A DNA stretch of 63,688 nucleotides, filler included, from Pseudomonadota bacterium (GTDB taxonomy: Bacteria; Bdellovibrionota_F; JAHFAK01; JBDREC01), in the NCBI GenBank assembly GCA_043820105.1. It is 6 parts of 6 records of this genome, joined end to end, with 100 filler letters (N's around TTAATTAATTAA, not from the genome) between each part and the next. Parts side by side here need not be neighbours in the genome. Positions count along the whole stretch, not along the records: positions 23,494 to 43,015 come from JBDREC010000087.1; 5 more parts are not named here. One strand, 5' to 3'. Position numbers and translations under genes: made by a program. Shown here one piece after another: positions 29,851 through 40,863 of this stretch; position 1 is the first letter of the stretch, and each line of letters opens with the position of its first letter. The notes beneath the pieces were generated by a model. The model was given only the letters and a program-made list of their open reading frames with translations. It ran no database searches and was not told where the DNA came from.

Positions 29851-30903
29851 CTACAACTCAAGCATCCTATCAAGCGCAATCTTAGCATATTTTTTCACTT
29901 CTTCATCAACTACAATTACATTAACTTCCCCGAGGTTTTCAAGAGAATAAAGCAGATTCTGCAGATTAATTCTGTACATATTAGGACATAGTGAGCGTGC
30001 AAGTGGAATGACTTTTTTATCTTTATGTAAAGCAGCTAATCTTGAAACCAGGTTAATTTCAGTTCCAATCGCTACTTCTGCGCGCACAGGTAATTTTTGC
30101 ACATAATTTATTATATGGCTTGTTGATCCATTTGAATCAGCTTTTAATACAATATCTTTTGGGCACTCAGGATGTACAACTATTTTGGCTTTTGGATAAT
30201 TAACTCTAATATTTTGTATATGTTCAGCAGTAAACCAAGTATGTACGTGGCAAAATCCTTTCCAGGTTATTATTTGAGATTTATTCAGATGCTCAATATC
30301 TATTTCACTTTCGCTTATTTTAGGATCCCAAACAAAAATATATTCATCATCAATACCAAGTGATAAAGCTGTATTTGTGCCTAAATGTTCATCCGGAAAA
30401 AAGAATATTTTTTTATTTTGATTTAAGGCAAATCTAAAAGCCTTTTCAGCATTTGAAGAAGTACATACAAGGCCATTATGCTTTCCACAAAATGCTTTTA
30501 TAGCAGCTGTTGAGTTCATATAAGTAATTGGAATAAATGAATCCATATTAAATATTTTGCCAAGATAATTCCAGGCATAAAGGACATCAGGCTCGTTAGC
30601 CATTTCAGCCATAGGACAACCAGCTGATAAATTTGGAAGGATTACTTTTTGTTTGCTTGAAGATAGAATATCAGCTGCTTCAGCCATAAAATGAACTCCA
30701 CAAAATACAATATATTCAACTTCTGCAAGAAGGGCTGCTTTTTTTGCAAGCTCAAAACTATCTCCTAATATATCAGATAAATCTATTATGTCTTGTCTTT
30801 GATAATGGTGTCCAAGAATTACAAGTCTGTTTTCCAGGCGTTTTTTTATTTCATTTATTTTCAACTTTAGTTGTTCATCTGTAAAACCAGAATATAAATC
30901 CAT
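29851..30903 (-). CDS. nadA: Quinolinate synthase
   Basis: GHHYQ, FCGVHFMAE, AGCPMA, CHVH, VHPEC and CPNM motifs. Confidence 0.96.
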   Translation of the reverse strand: MDLYSGFTDEQLKLKINEIKKRLENRLVILGHHYQRQDIIDLSDILGDSFELAKKAALLAEVEYIVFCGVHFMAEAADILSSSKQKVILPNLSAGCPMAEMANEPDVLYAWNYLGKIFNMDSFIPITYMNSTAAIKAFCGKHNGLVCTSSNAEKAFRFALNQNKKIFFFPDEHLGTNTALSLGIDDEYIFVWDPKISESEIDIEHLNKSQIITWKGFCHVHTWFTAEHIQNIRVNYPKAKIVVHPECPKDIVLKADSNGSTSHIINYVQKLPVRAEVAIGTEINLVSRLAALHKDKKVIPLARSLCPNMYRINLQNLLYSLENLGEVNVIVVDEEVKKYAKIALDRMLEL

Positions 30904-30904
30904 T

Positions 30905-31774
30905 TCACTTCCCTTTAATTTTTTCTAAATGTTCCGAGGCAACTTGTCTTGTTTTGTTATATAGATCATTATTAGATATTTTGAGAACATGTTCCAGGCA
31001 AGCCTGAGCATTGCTTATAAAGGATTGTTGCTGCATGCTTTGGCTAATATAATAAAGTCTTACCCCTAATATTGTGAAAAACTCAATCTGATCTACTGAT
31101 CCTGAAATTGAATTTAAAGAATTTTTGCTAATATTAAAAGAGGGAATGATTTTAGTTAATAAACTTGCAAAACTAATTTCAATATCCTTTTTTTCAAAAC
31201 CCATGAATTCTTTTTCAAGCGGCAAAATACCTTTTTTCATTTGGTTTATCATGTAAGCTATATCAAGGTCTGAAAGATTAAAGGAAATAGTGATCTCAAG
31301 GTTTTGGTTTGCTGTAATAAAGGAGTTTCTTAAAAGTGAGGTGCTTGCATTATATAATCTGTTTTGAAGAGCACTGAGTTTGTTTTTATAATAATTAATT
31401 TTATCCTCAACTAATTTTAAATCATTTTTTGTATCTTTTTCTTTTAAATAGGCTTTGAGTTTTTTAATTTCATTAAGCCGTTTTAGCATTTTGATATAAG
31501 AACTTTCTTGTGCCAGGAAAATAGATGTATTTAAAATTAGTGACTTTGTCGCAAATTCTGAAGTCGCAAAATTCTTAATTGTAATATCAAACCATTTAAT
31601 AGATTCATTAAAATCTAGTTTTGTAAGGGCTTCAGAGGCATTTAAGTAGGGTCTTAATGCTATATTATTGTCAATCTGTGCTAGTAATGAGCTAGTCAAT
31701 AAAAGAAAGCCCAAAAAAACAATTGAATACTTCCGCATCTGCAATTTATTTACTCCAATTAAATTTATGAACAA
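30905..31774 (-). CDS. Hypothetical secreted helical protein
   Basis: Long ORF between nadE and nadA, signal-peptide-like segment; true start probably a few codons downstream. Confidence 0.65.
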   Translation of the reverse strand: MFINLIGVNKLQMRKYSIVFLGFLLLTSSLLAQIDNNIALRPYLNASEALTKLDFNESIKWFDITIKNFATSEFATKSLILNTSIFLAQESSYIKMLKRLNEIKKLKAYLKEKDTKNDLKLVEDKINYYKNKLSALQNRLYNASTSLLRNSFITANQNLEITISFNLSDLDIAYMINQMKKGILPLEKEFMGFEKKDIEISFASLLTKIIPSFNISKNSLNSISGSVDQIEFFTILGVRLYYISQSMQQQSFISNAQACLEHVLKISNNDLYNKTRQVASEHLEKIKGK

Positions 31775-33422
31775 TAGGCATTCTCCAGCCAGTACTAAAA
31801 GACTTCGCTGTTATTTTTAAAACAAGGGGTGCTTGATTTCTTTTAAATTCAGCTGATGACATTAAATTAAGGATTTTTGAAGTGTATTCTTCATTGTTAT
31901 TTTCCTTAATAATTTGGGCTTTAGTAAGTCCTTTTAAAACAATTGAATCTAAAATTTTATCTAATTCATCATATGATCCAAGACTATCTTCATCTTTTTG
32001 TTCTGGTCTTAATTCAGCAGAAGGTGCTTTTGTGAGGATGTTTTTTGGAATAATTTCATTTTTTTCATTAATAAAATTCGCAAGTCTATAAATATCTGTT
32101 TTTTTGATATCACCAATTGGAGCCAAGGCACCAGCAAGATCACCATAAAGGGTTGAATAACCAACAGCGAACTCGGACTTATTTCCAGTTGCTAGCACAA
32201 GGTTTCCAAATTTATTTGAATAAGCCATAAGAATATTTCCACGTATACGGGCTTGAATATTTTCTTCTGTAGTGTCCGTACTGCATCCTGAAAAGACTTT
32301 TTCAAGGCTTTCTATATATGTATCAAATAATTTTTGAATATTAATAATTGTATATTCAATTCCTAAGTTTTTAGCAAGTTCTATAGAATCATCGATACTG
32401 CTTTCTGAACTATATTTAGATGGCATTAAAATACCAAAAACATTATCATTACCTAAGGCTCTTTGAGCAAGATAAGCAGTGATGGCCGAATCAATTCCAC
32501 CTGATAAACCAATGACAACTTTTGAAAAACCTTGTTTTTGAATGAAATCCTTAATTCCTAGTATTAGTGCATCATGCATTCTATATAGATAAGTATAATT
32601 AGAACTGCTTTTTTGTTTATCAAGTATTTTTTTTTCATTAATTTGCTCTAAATTAAAGGTCATTAAATCACTTTCAAATTCTTTTGCCTTTGCAACAATT
32701 TCACCATTTTTATTTGCAACAAAAGAACCACCATCAAAAACCAGGTCATCATTAGCGCCAACTGAGTTTACATGACATATTGGAATTCGATATTTTTGAG
32801 CAATCAATGAAATCATCTTTATTTTAAAATCTGCTTTTCCGAGTGAAAATGGGGAAGATGAAATGTTAATAATCAAATCAGGATCCATTTTAGCGAGTTC
32901 ACAAACTGGATCTTTATGATAAAGTCTTTTTGTTAAAAAATCACTATCATTCCAAATGTCTTCACATATGCTTAAACCTATTTTTGCTTTTTTATAATTG
33001 ATAATTATACTTTGATCAGATGCTTCAAAATATCGTTCTTCATCAAACACATCGTAATTAGGAAGAAGAAATTTGTTTTGGATTACTTGTATCTTTTTGT
33101 TTTCTATAAAAATAGCGCTATTATACAAAGCCTTCGCATCATTTTTATTGGTTTTTGTAAAAGCTCCAATAACAATAGCTATATCATTTGCTAATATTAT
33201 TACTTTTTCTAAGTATTTTTCAGCTTCTAAAATAAATTCAGAGTTAAAGAGTAAGTCTTTAGGAGGATATCCAGAAATGGCGAGTTCAGGAAAAATAATG
33301 AGATCACAATTGTCATTCTTAGCTTTTAGTATATTTTTTTGAATTAAGCTAAAGTTATTTTCAAAATCACCAATTGTAGTATTTATTTGGGCTAGGGCAA
33401 TTTTTATATTTAATTTGGACAT
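31746..33422 (-). CDS. nadE: Glutamine-dependent NAD+ synthetase
   Basis: Nitrilase domain (FPEL, ICEDIW) plus GLSGGIDS, ENIQARIRG, TGNKSE and PSAELRP motifs. Confidence 0.96.
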   Translation of the reverse strand: MSKLNIKIALAQINTTIGDFENNFSLIQKNILKAKNDNCDLIIFPELAISGYPPKDLLFNSEFILEAEKYLEKVIILANDIAIVIGAFTKTNKNDAKALYNSAIFIENKKIQVIQNKFLLPNYDVFDEERYFEASDQSIIINYKKAKIGLSICEDIWNDSDFLTKRLYHKDPVCELAKMDPDLIINISSSPFSLGKADFKIKMISLIAQKYRIPICHVNSVGANDDLVFDGGSFVANKNGEIVAKAKEFESDLMTFNLEQINEKKILDKQKSSSNYTYLYRMHDALILGIKDFIQKQGFSKVVIGLSGGIDSAITAYLAQRALGNDNVFGILMPSKYSSESSIDDSIELAKNLGIEYTIINIQKLFDTYIESLEKVFSGCSTDTTEENIQARIRGNILMAYSNKFGNLVLATGNKSEFAVGYSTLYGDLAGALAPIGDIKKTDIYRLANFINEKNEIIPKNILTKAPSAELRPEQKDEDSLGSYDELDKILDSIVLKGLTKAQIIKENNNEEYTSKILNLMSSAEFKRNQAPLVLKITAKSFSTGWRMPIVHKFNWSK

Positions 33423-33426
33423 GGTT

Positions 33427-35142
33427 TTATCTTCTTATGAAAATTTCATCTATATTATAAAGAGAATTATATTTTGGAGAAGGTTTCGGAATATAGTTGC
33501 CAACATGATTTCTAGAAGCTGACATAAAAGAAGGAATAACAGTAAAAATCATTGGAAGCTCATCTGAGGCGATGTACTGCCATTTATCATAGATTTCTTT
33601 TCTTTCCTTAAAATCACTAGTAGCAGAGCCCTTTCTAAGAAGCTTATCAATTTCAGCTTCCCAAATAGTAGATGGTTCAATTTGATTAGGAAACCAAATG
33701 TTTGAATTGGAGTTTGAATACCAGTAATGATTAACAAGATCAGGCTCAACTTCCCCTGTTAATCCTAAAATTATTGAATCCCACTTGTAAGATGTCCATA
33801 ATTTATGAACTATGTCACTTGTGGCTGTTGGAGTAAAATCAACAGTTATCCCAAGTTTTCTAAGATTTTTAACAAGCTGAGCAGAAATCTTATGCCTTTG
33901 AAATCTTGAAATATCAGTAAATAAATTAAAAGCTACCTTATTTCCAAGGGAATCAACCAGTACATTGCTATTGGCTCTATATGAAAAGCCACCTTTTTTA
34001 AGATATTCAGAAGCTTTTTCAAGATTAAATGGATATTGAATAACATGCGGATTAAAATATTTTTTAGCTGATGGTGAAAGAGGGGAGGTGCCGTGATAGC
34101 CGAAGTTTTTCATGGTATTAAGGATAATTTCACCTTGATCAGTTGCGTGAGCTATTGCTTTTCTAAAAAATTTATTCCTAAACCATGTTAGCTTCACAGG
34201 ATCTACATAGTTTTTACCAGTCTTTGGGTCAGTTTTAGTATTCTGATTAAAAACTAAAAACTGAGAAGCAAAATCCGCGCCCGAGTTTACAACTTTAAAT
34301 GCATCTAGCTCTTCTCTTGGTTTTAGTACAGAATAGTCTTCGCCTCTAAAATCCCCACCTCTAAGGCCATATATGTCGGCTTCACCACTTAAAAATTTTA
34401 AGAGACAAAGATCAGGGGAATCCAGGAAATGTATAATAACACCATCTAAATATGGCAACTTATCTCCAAAAATATTTACTCTATAATATTTGGGATTTCT
34501 TTTTAATATGGCTTTTTCCTTTGTGATTTTCTCAAGTATAAACGGTCCATTAACTACCATCTTTTCAGGGTCATCATCAAGTGAAAGAGCGTTTTCAAAT
34601 TTCCCATTTTGAACAATTTTTTCATAAATATGTTTAGGTATAATAGGTGTTGTAGCGATAATATAAGGAAAGGGTGAATAGGAATAGGGCAATTTAAATA
34701 TTATTTTATTGTCTTTAGCGCTTATTTCAATTCTTTTATTTTTTATTGTATATTGGACTTTAAAAGGTGAAGCAATATTTGGATTATAGATCACATCTTT
34801 AAAAGTGAATAAAACATCTTCAACTGTAAGCGCTTTGCCATCAGACCAAAAAAGGTCATCTCTTAAATAGAAAGTCCAAATATCTTTAGTATCATTTGTC
34901 TTCCAAAAATAAGCGAAATTAGGTTCAAAGTCATAACTGTCCATTTTGATTTTTAATAGTCCCTGAAACATCATGTTGGTTATGTCTGTAGTATCAATGA
35001 CATCAGAGGTAATAGGATTTAGAGACTTTGGTATCTTAGTAGAAGTTACATTAATAATGCCGCCATATTTTCCTTGTTCAAAGGAATGTAAATAAAACGG
35101 ACTTAATAATGCTAAAATTAAAAGAAAAATAATTTTTTTCAA
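33427..35142 (-). CDS. Family 5 ABC transporter substrate-binding protein
   Basis: GKYGG, WSDGKALTVEDVLFT, NGPF and LPYLD motifs. Confidence 0.9.
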   Translation of the reverse strand: MKKIIFLLILALLSPFYLHSFEQGKYGGIINVTSTKIPKSLNPITSDVIDTTDITNMMFQGLLKIKMDSYDFEPNFAYFWKTNDTKDIWTFYLRDDLFWSDGKALTVEDVLFTFKDVIYNPNIASPFKVQYTIKNKRIEISAKDNKIIFKLPYSYSPFPYIIATTPIIPKHIYEKIVQNGKFENALSLDDDPEKMVVNGPFILEKITKEKAILKRNPKYYRVNIFGDKLPYLDGVIIHFLDSPDLCLLKFLSGEADIYGLRGGDFRGEDYSVLKPREELDAFKVVNSGADFASQFLVFNQNTKTDPKTGKNYVDPVKLTWFRNKFFRKAIAHATDQGEIILNTMKNFGYHGTSPLSPSAKKYFNPHVIQYPFNLEKASEYLKKGGFSYRANSNVLVDSLGNKVAFNLFTDISRFQRHKISAQLVKNLRKLGITVDFTPTATSDIVHKLWTSYKWDSIILGLTGEVEPDLVNHYWYSNSNSNIWFPNQIEPSTIWEAEIDKLLRKGSATSDFKERKEIYDKWQYIASDELPMIFTVIPSFMSASRNHVGNYIPKPSPKYNSLYNIDEIFIRR

Positions 35143-35292
35143 TCTTCAAACCTTGTTATTATTATGTTTGAATAGTTATAGGGTTTCAAAAAATTATTAT
35201 CAAGCACAAAGATAGAAAAGAATAATCTTGATTGGTAAACTTAATTTGTTAATATTAGCCTTAAATATTAACTTACTAGAATTGGTAAATCA

Positions 35293-37803
35293 TTGAGAAT
35301 TGGAATTGCAATATTAGGAAGCTTATTTTTTTCATGCTTATTCGCTGTCCTGGTTTTTATAAATATATTTTTATATTTTTCCTTTCATCTGCCATCAGTT
35401 TCAGAGCTAGAAAAATATACACCCCCTGGGGTTACTGAGATCTTATCATCTGATTATGAGACAGTAGGTAAATTTTATGTTGAGGAAAGATATACATTAC
35501 CATTGTCAAAAATTCCTTTTAAGTTAATTGAAGCTTTTGTTGCAGCTGAAGATGCGAATTTTTTCATTCATAAAGGCATTGATCCTACTGGTATTTTAAG
35601 AGCTTTGATTAAGAATGTTCTTAACAAAGGTGGCTTGCAGGGTGGGAGTACAATTACTCAACAGGTAGCAAAAACGTTCTTACTTACTTCTGAAAGAACT
35701 ATTACCAGAAAAATTAAAGATATGATTCTTGCTTATAGGATTGAAAAGCATTTTTCAAAAGATCATATAATATACTTATATTTAAATCAGATTTACTTGG
35801 GGCATGGTTATTATGGAGTTCAAGCAGCTGCAAGGGGATATTTTAATAAAGATGTTAGCGAGCTTTCTTTAGCTGAAATGGCAATATTGGCTGGTTTACC
35901 ACAAGCACCCACAAAATTATCACCTGCGATAAATCTTGATAGGTCAAAACTTCGACAAAAATATGTGCTAAAAAGAATGGTTGAAGATAGATATATTAGT
36001 TATGAAGAAGCTATTGAGGCATTTGAATATCCAATAATGGTTTCACCAAAAAAGCCAATGGCCTATGATATTGCACCTTATTTTATTGAACATATTAGAC
36101 AATATATAGTTAGAAATTATGGACAGGAGACTTTATTAAAAGGTGGATTAACTATTATTACTACTCTGGATATTGATTATCAACTTAAAGCTTCAGCTAG
36201 TGTTAAAGAAGGTCTTGAACAACTAGATAAAACCACTGGATTTTTTGGACCTATCAAGAACATTCCTATTCATGAAATTGAAGCTCAAATTGCAAGTTCT
36301 ACTCAGAGTTCTGAATGTAGCCTTCAAGATGCAAGTACGCTTAAGGGTATTGTTACTCAAGTCAATGATCAAGAGGGATTTGTAATTGTAAATGTTTGTG
36401 GTAATTCTGGAAAGATTTTACTTGAAGATATGAGATGGGCTAGAAAGCCTGATACTAGTGTTTTCTGGAAGGAAGCACTAATAAAAAATCCATCTGAAGC
36501 TTTAAGTGTTGGAGATTTAATACTTGTAAAAAGAGTAATGAAAGAAGATAGAAACAATCTATATTTTGCATTGGACCAGGAAGTTTCGGTTCAAGGAGGA
36601 TTAATTGTAATTGAACCAGACACAGGTTATGTTAAGTCCTTAGTTGGAGGTTATGATTTCAATAAATCAAAATTCAATCGTGTTTTACAGGCCAAAAGGC
36701 AACCTGGCTCTGCCTTTAAACCAATAATCTATGCTGCAGCACTTGATAAAGGATTTACTCCTTCAACATTGATTATTGATTCACCGATTGTCTATAATGA
36801 TGCTGAAACAAATAATACCTGGAAACCTGATAATTATTCTGAAAAATTTTATGGTGAAACTACTTTTAGAAGATCTATTGTTAAGTCACTTAATATACCA
36901 ACAATCAAAATATTAACTGATATTGGAATTGATTATGTTGCTGAATATGCTAAGAAGCTAGGTATTATTTCTCCAATAACTAAAGATTTATCAATGGCTC
37001 TGGGTTCATCTTCTGTTACTCTTGAAGAGCTTACTGCAGCTTATGCAGTGTTTGCTTCTGAAGGACGAAAAATCAAACCTATTTATATTAAGAGAATTAT
37101 TGGACCAGATGGTGAGGTGCTTGAAACAAACGCTATTATGGAATTTGAGACAGATATTGATGAAAAGATCAAATTTTTAGAAGATAATTATTTATTAGAA
37201 AATGAAGCTGAAAATGCCGTGAAGCTTGCCATATCTAAGAATGATGAACGTGTTGATAAGAATCAAAAGCTATCTGAAAACATAATTCACAAAATGGAGC
37301 CTCTTGATATTGAATTGCCAGAAGGTTATGTTGTATCAAAAGAAACTGCATACTTAATGACTAATCTTATGCAAGCAGTTATTGCTGATGGAACAGGGTG
37401 GAGAGCTAAAGCTATAGGCAGACCAGCGGCTGGTAAGACTGGAACAACAAATGATTATTATGATGCATGGTTTTTAGGATATACTCCAGAAATCGTATGT
37501 GGTGTATGGACAGGATTTGATGATTATAAATCCCTGGGAAAAAGTATGACTGGATCTGGCGCTGCTGCTCCAATTTGGGTTGATTTTATGCAACAAGCAA
37601 CAAAAGGCAAAAAAATAACTTCCTTTAGGGTTCCTTATGAAACCATTGATTTTGTTAGGATTGATAAAAACACTGGACAAAAAGCAGTTAAAGATACAAA
37701 GGATACCGTAATGCAAGCTTTCCTCAAAGGGACAACTCCAACAAATACAAATAAAAGTTCAGCTTCAGGTTCTTATGAGGAGTTCAATATCGAAGATTAT
37801 TAG
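35293..37803 (+). CDS. mrcA: Penicillin-binding protein 1A
   Basis: AAEDANF and GGSTITQQ transglycosylase motifs; RQPGSAFKP, SLN and KTGTT transpeptidase motifs. Confidence 0.93.
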   Translation: MRIGIAILGSLFFSCLFAVLVFINIFLYFSFHLPSVSELEKYTPPGVTEILSSDYETVGKFYVEERYTLPLSKIPFKLIEAFVAAEDANFFIHKGIDPTGILRALIKNVLNKGGLQGGSTITQQVAKTFLLTSERTITRKIKDMILAYRIEKHFSKDHIIYLYLNQIYLGHGYYGVQAAARGYFNKDVSELSLAEMAILAGLPQAPTKLSPAINLDRSKLRQKYVLKRMVEDRYISYEEAIEAFEYPIMVSPKKPMAYDIAPYFIEHIRQYIVRNYGQETLLKGGLTIITTLDIDYQLKASASVKEGLEQLDKTTGFFGPIKNIPIHEIEAQIASSTQSSECSLQDASTLKGIVTQVNDQEGFVIVNVCGNSGKILLEDMRWARKPDTSVFWKEALIKNPSEALSVGDLILVKRVMKEDRNNLYFALDQEVSVQGGLIVIEPDTGYVKSLVGGYDFNKSKFNRVLQAKRQPGSAFKPIIYAAALDKGFTPSTLIIDSPIVYNDAETNNTWKPDNYSEKFYGETTFRRSIVKSLNIPTIKILTDIGIDYVAEYAKKLGIISPITKDLSMALGSSSVTLEELTAAYAVFASEGRKIKPIYIKRIIGPDGEVLETNAIMEFETDIDEKIKFLEDNYLLENEAENAVKLAISKNDERVDKNQKLSENIIHKMEPLDIELPEGYVVSKETAYLMTNLMQAVIADGTGWRAKAIGRPAAGKTGTTNDYYDAWFLGYTPEIVCGVWTGFDDYKSLGKSMTGSGAAAPIWVDFMQQATKGKKITSFRVPYETIDFVRIDKNTGQKAVKDTKDTVMQAFLKGTTPTNTNKSSASGSYEEFNIEDY

Positions 37804-37852
37804 GCACAATCATTAATTATTAATTATTGATTATTAATTATTTTAAGAAATT

Positions 37853-38956
37853 ATGATAAATAAATTACTAAAATTCGTACTATTATTATTACTTTTTTCA
37901 TCTACCCTTGTCTCCAAACCAAGTTATTATTTAAACAAGCGCCATTGGTCATCTGATAATTATTTGAGAATCGTGTTTTATCTTACAGAGTCTTCAAAAT
38001 ATGAGACACAGAAAATTAGTGCAAATAAGATTCAGCTTAAGATTATAAATAGTGATGCACCTAAGTTTTTATTAGAAAAAGAAAATTATAAAGATATAAT
38101 TCTTGATCAAATAGAAGCAAAACTCAATAATGGTAATCTCATTATTGATGTGGGCCTAAAAAAGAATATTGAAACTTATAAAGTAATGGTTTTTTATGAA
38201 CCATTAAGGTTAGTTTTAGATATACATACTGATAAATCAAAAGCATATGCAAAAGAAAAAGATAAAATTAAAGCACTTTTGCTTTCAAAAGAAAAAGATA
38301 AGCCAATCATTGTTTTAGATGCTGGGCACGGCGGTAAGGACCCTGGGACTGTTGGTAATACTGGTTTAGAAGAAAAATATGTTACACTCGAAGTTGTTAA
38401 AAAACTCAAAGAGTTATTGGATAGAAAAGGACTATACAGGACTTATTTAACCAGAGAAAGTGATATATATATTGATCTTGAAGAGCGAACAGCTATTGCA
38501 AACTCAAAAAATGCTGATCTTTTTATTTCTGTTCATGTAAATGCAAGTTCCAATATTAAAACCCTTGGCCTGCAAACCTTTTATCTAAATCTGGCAACAG
38601 ATAAGGCTTCAAAAAAATTAGCTAAACGTGAAAACCTTATAACAAGTTCAACTTCATACGTTGATTTGATAAAACTAGACCTTGAAACTACTATGTATGG
38701 AAATAAATCTGTTGATTTAGCTAAAATTGTGCATAATGCTACACTTATGAAAATGAATAATAAGTATAGTGATATTGGTGACTTAGGCATAAGGCCAGCT
38801 CTTTTTTACGTCCTCTGGGGTGCAAAAATGCCTTCAATTTTAATTGAAGTTGGCTTTATGTCTAACAGGACTGAAGAAAGAAGATTAACTTCATCTGAAT
38901 ATAGAGACTTTGTAGCAGACTGTATTGCAACAGGTATTCATGATTATTTTAAATGA
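37853..38956 (+). CDS. N-acetylmuramoyl-L-alanine amidase (AMIN + Amidase_3)
   Basis: LDAGHGGKDPG, FISVHVN and MPSILIEVGF motifs. Confidence 0.93.
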   Translation: MINKLLKFVLLLLLFSSTLVSKPSYYLNKRHWSSDNYLRIVFYLTESSKYETQKISANKIQLKIINSDAPKFLLEKENYKDIILDQIEAKLNNGNLIIDVGLKKNIETYKVMVFYEPLRLVLDIHTDKSKAYAKEKDKIKALLLSKEKDKPIIVLDAGHGGKDPGTVGNTGLEEKYVTLEVVKKLKELLDRKGLYRTYLTRESDIYIDLEERTAIANSKNADLFISVHVNASSNIKTLGLQTFYLNLATDKASKKLAKRENLITSSTSYVDLIKLDLETTMYGNKSVDLAKIVHNATLMKMNNKYSDIGDLGIRPALFYVLWGAKMPSILIEVGFMSNRTEERRLTSSEYRDFVADCIATGIHDYFK

Positions 38957-39062
38957 CTTATTTAATAAAAGTTGGGTTTTTTTTCTTGCCTTTTGTATAT
39001 TAAATCTGATAGATAGCGTGGCACTTAAAAATAGAAATATTTAATATTTAGAGGAACTAGCG

Positions 39063-39707
39063 ATGATTAACGGATTAATTGGAAAAAAGATAGGAATGAC
39101 CCAGATTTTTACTGAAGATGGAGTAAAGATTCCTGTTACTGTTGTACAACTTAACCCTAATGATATTGTACAAGTTAAAAATCAAAAGAATGATGGATAC
39201 TGGGCTGTACAATTGGCTTACGGCGATTGTAGAGAAAAAGTTTTAAATAAACCAAACCTTGGCCATCTGAAAAAAGCATCAGTTGAACCTAAAAAATACC
39301 TTCGTGAATTTGTCGTTGATGAAAAAGATGCTGTAAATTTTGAACCTGGTAAAAACATTAAATTAACTGAAATATTTTCTGAAGGTGATTTTGTTGACGC
39401 AATAGGCACTTCAAAGGGAAGAGGCTTTGCAGGCGTTATTAAAAGACATAATTTTCATGGTGCAAAAAGTAGTCACGGTGTTCATGAATTTTATAGACAC
39501 GGTGGTTCAATTGGACAGCACACATATCCTGGTAGAGTTTTCAAAAACAAGAAAATGCCTGGACATTACGGAAATGCTAGAATTACAACGCAAACATTGA
39601 AACTTGTTAAAATATTAGAAGAAGATAATTTAGTATTTATTAAAGGCTCTGTACCTGGACATAACAATAATTATGTTATAATTCAGAAAGCAGTTAAAAA
39701 GAACTAA
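39063..39707 (+). CDS. rplC: 50S ribosomal protein L3
   Basis: GKKIGMTQIF, GTSKGRGFAG, KKMPGHYG and KGSVPG motifs. Confidence 0.97.
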   Translation: MINGLIGKKIGMTQIFTEDGVKIPVTVVQLNPNDIVQVKNQKNDGYWAVQLAYGDCREKVLNKPNLGHLKKASVEPKKYLREFVVDEKDAVNFEPGKNIKLTEIFSEGDFVDAIGTSKGRGFAGVIKRHNFHGAKSSHGVHEFYRHGGSIGQHTYPGRVFKNKKMPGHYGNARITTQTLKLVKILEEDNLVFIKGSVPGHNNNYVIIQKAVKKN

Positions 39708-39725
39708 TGATATTGGAGGTTTACA

Positions 39726-40034
39726 TTGGCTAATCATAAGCAAGCAAAAAAAAGATATACACAAAGTATTAAAAGAAATCTTAGAAACAAACATTTTTCA
39801 TCAACACTTAAAAATACTGTTAAGAGCTTTAAATTAACTTTAGAAACAGAGAATGTTGAAGATATCAAAACTGCTTTAAAAGAAGTTGTTGCAACTATTG
39901 ATAAAACTGAATCTAAAGGTATTATTACTAGCAATAGAGCATCTAGATTGGTTTCAAGACTTTCAAAACACACTCATAATAGAACAAGTGAACTTTTAGA
40001 AAATAGCATACCTTCTACAGAAGCTGAAGTTTAA
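39726..40034 (+). CDS. rpsT: 30S ribosomal protein S20
   Basis: MANHKQAKKR...RN, KGII..NRASR motifs; TTG start behind GGAGG. Confidence 0.93.
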   Translation: MANHKQAKKRYTQSIKRNLRNKHFSSTLKNTVKSFKLTLETENVEDIKTALKEVVATIDKTESKGIITSNRASRLVSRLSKHTHNRTSELLENSIPSTEAEV

Positions 40035-40054
40035 AAAAGATCAAACTTTAGTTT

Positions 40055-40837
40055 TTATTGATTAATTCTTTTAATTGAAATTGCCTTGCCAGACTTATTA
40101 TCTATTTCTACTATAACAGCATTTAGCATACATTGTGTTTTAGCAGGAATGCATTTAAACTTACCTTTTTGAGTGAATTTTTTTAATGATAATTCTGTAT
40201 CGCAACCTATTATCGAATCCATAGGTCCAGTCATTCCGACATCAGTTATATAGGCTGTTCCACCTTGTAAGATTCGCTCATCAGCCGTTTGGACATGTGT
40301 ATGAGTACCAATGAGGGCTGAAATTTTACCATCAAGATAATATGCAACGGCTGTTTTTTCGGAGGTTGCTTCAGCATGAAAATCAACGATAATTATTTTA
40401 TTTTTTTTGTTAAGTAAATGAATAATTTTATCAAACTCTTTAAAAGGGGATGTTGTATCTTTCATGAATAGTGCACCACACATGTTTATTATGGCGAGTT
40501 GATTTCCAATATCATCAGTTAGCTCTATAAAGCCTTTTCCTGGTAACTTACCTTGTTTGAAATTAAATGGTCTTAGAAGCTTTGAATCCTGCTTATTTAA
40601 TATTTCATAGATTTCTTTTTTATTGTCTATGTGGTTTCCTGAAGTAACAAGATTAACACCAGAGTCTAGTATCTGTTTGTAGACTTTTGGAGTTATACCA
40701 AAGCCGCCTGCTGCATTTTCACCATTGGCAATAACAAAATTTACATTCAAATCGGAAATCAATTTGGGAAGCGTTGAAGTTAAGTAATCTCTTCCAGGTT
40801 TTCCATATATATCACCAATGAAAAGTAATTTGAACAA
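40055..40837 (-). CDS. ymdB: YmdB-family metallophosphoesterase
   Basis: GDIYGKPGR, NGENAAGG, DFHAEATSEK, GTHTHVQTAD and DVGMTG motifs; follows rny. Confidence 0.93.
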   Translation of the reverse strand: MFKLLFIGDIYGKPGRDYLTSTLPKLISDLNVNFVIANGENAAGGFGITPKVYKQILDSGVNLVTSGNHIDNKKEIYEILNKQDSKLLRPFNFKQGKLPGKGFIELTDDIGNQLAIINMCGALFMKDTTSPFKEFDKIIHLLNKKNKIIIVDFHAEATSEKTAVAYYLDGKISALIGTHTHVQTADERILQGGTAYITDVGMTGPMDSIIGCDTELSLKKFTQKGKFKCIPAKTQCMLNAVIVEIDNKSGKAISIKRINQ

Positions 40838-40863
40838 ATTGAACTCACATATAAATGTTGTTA

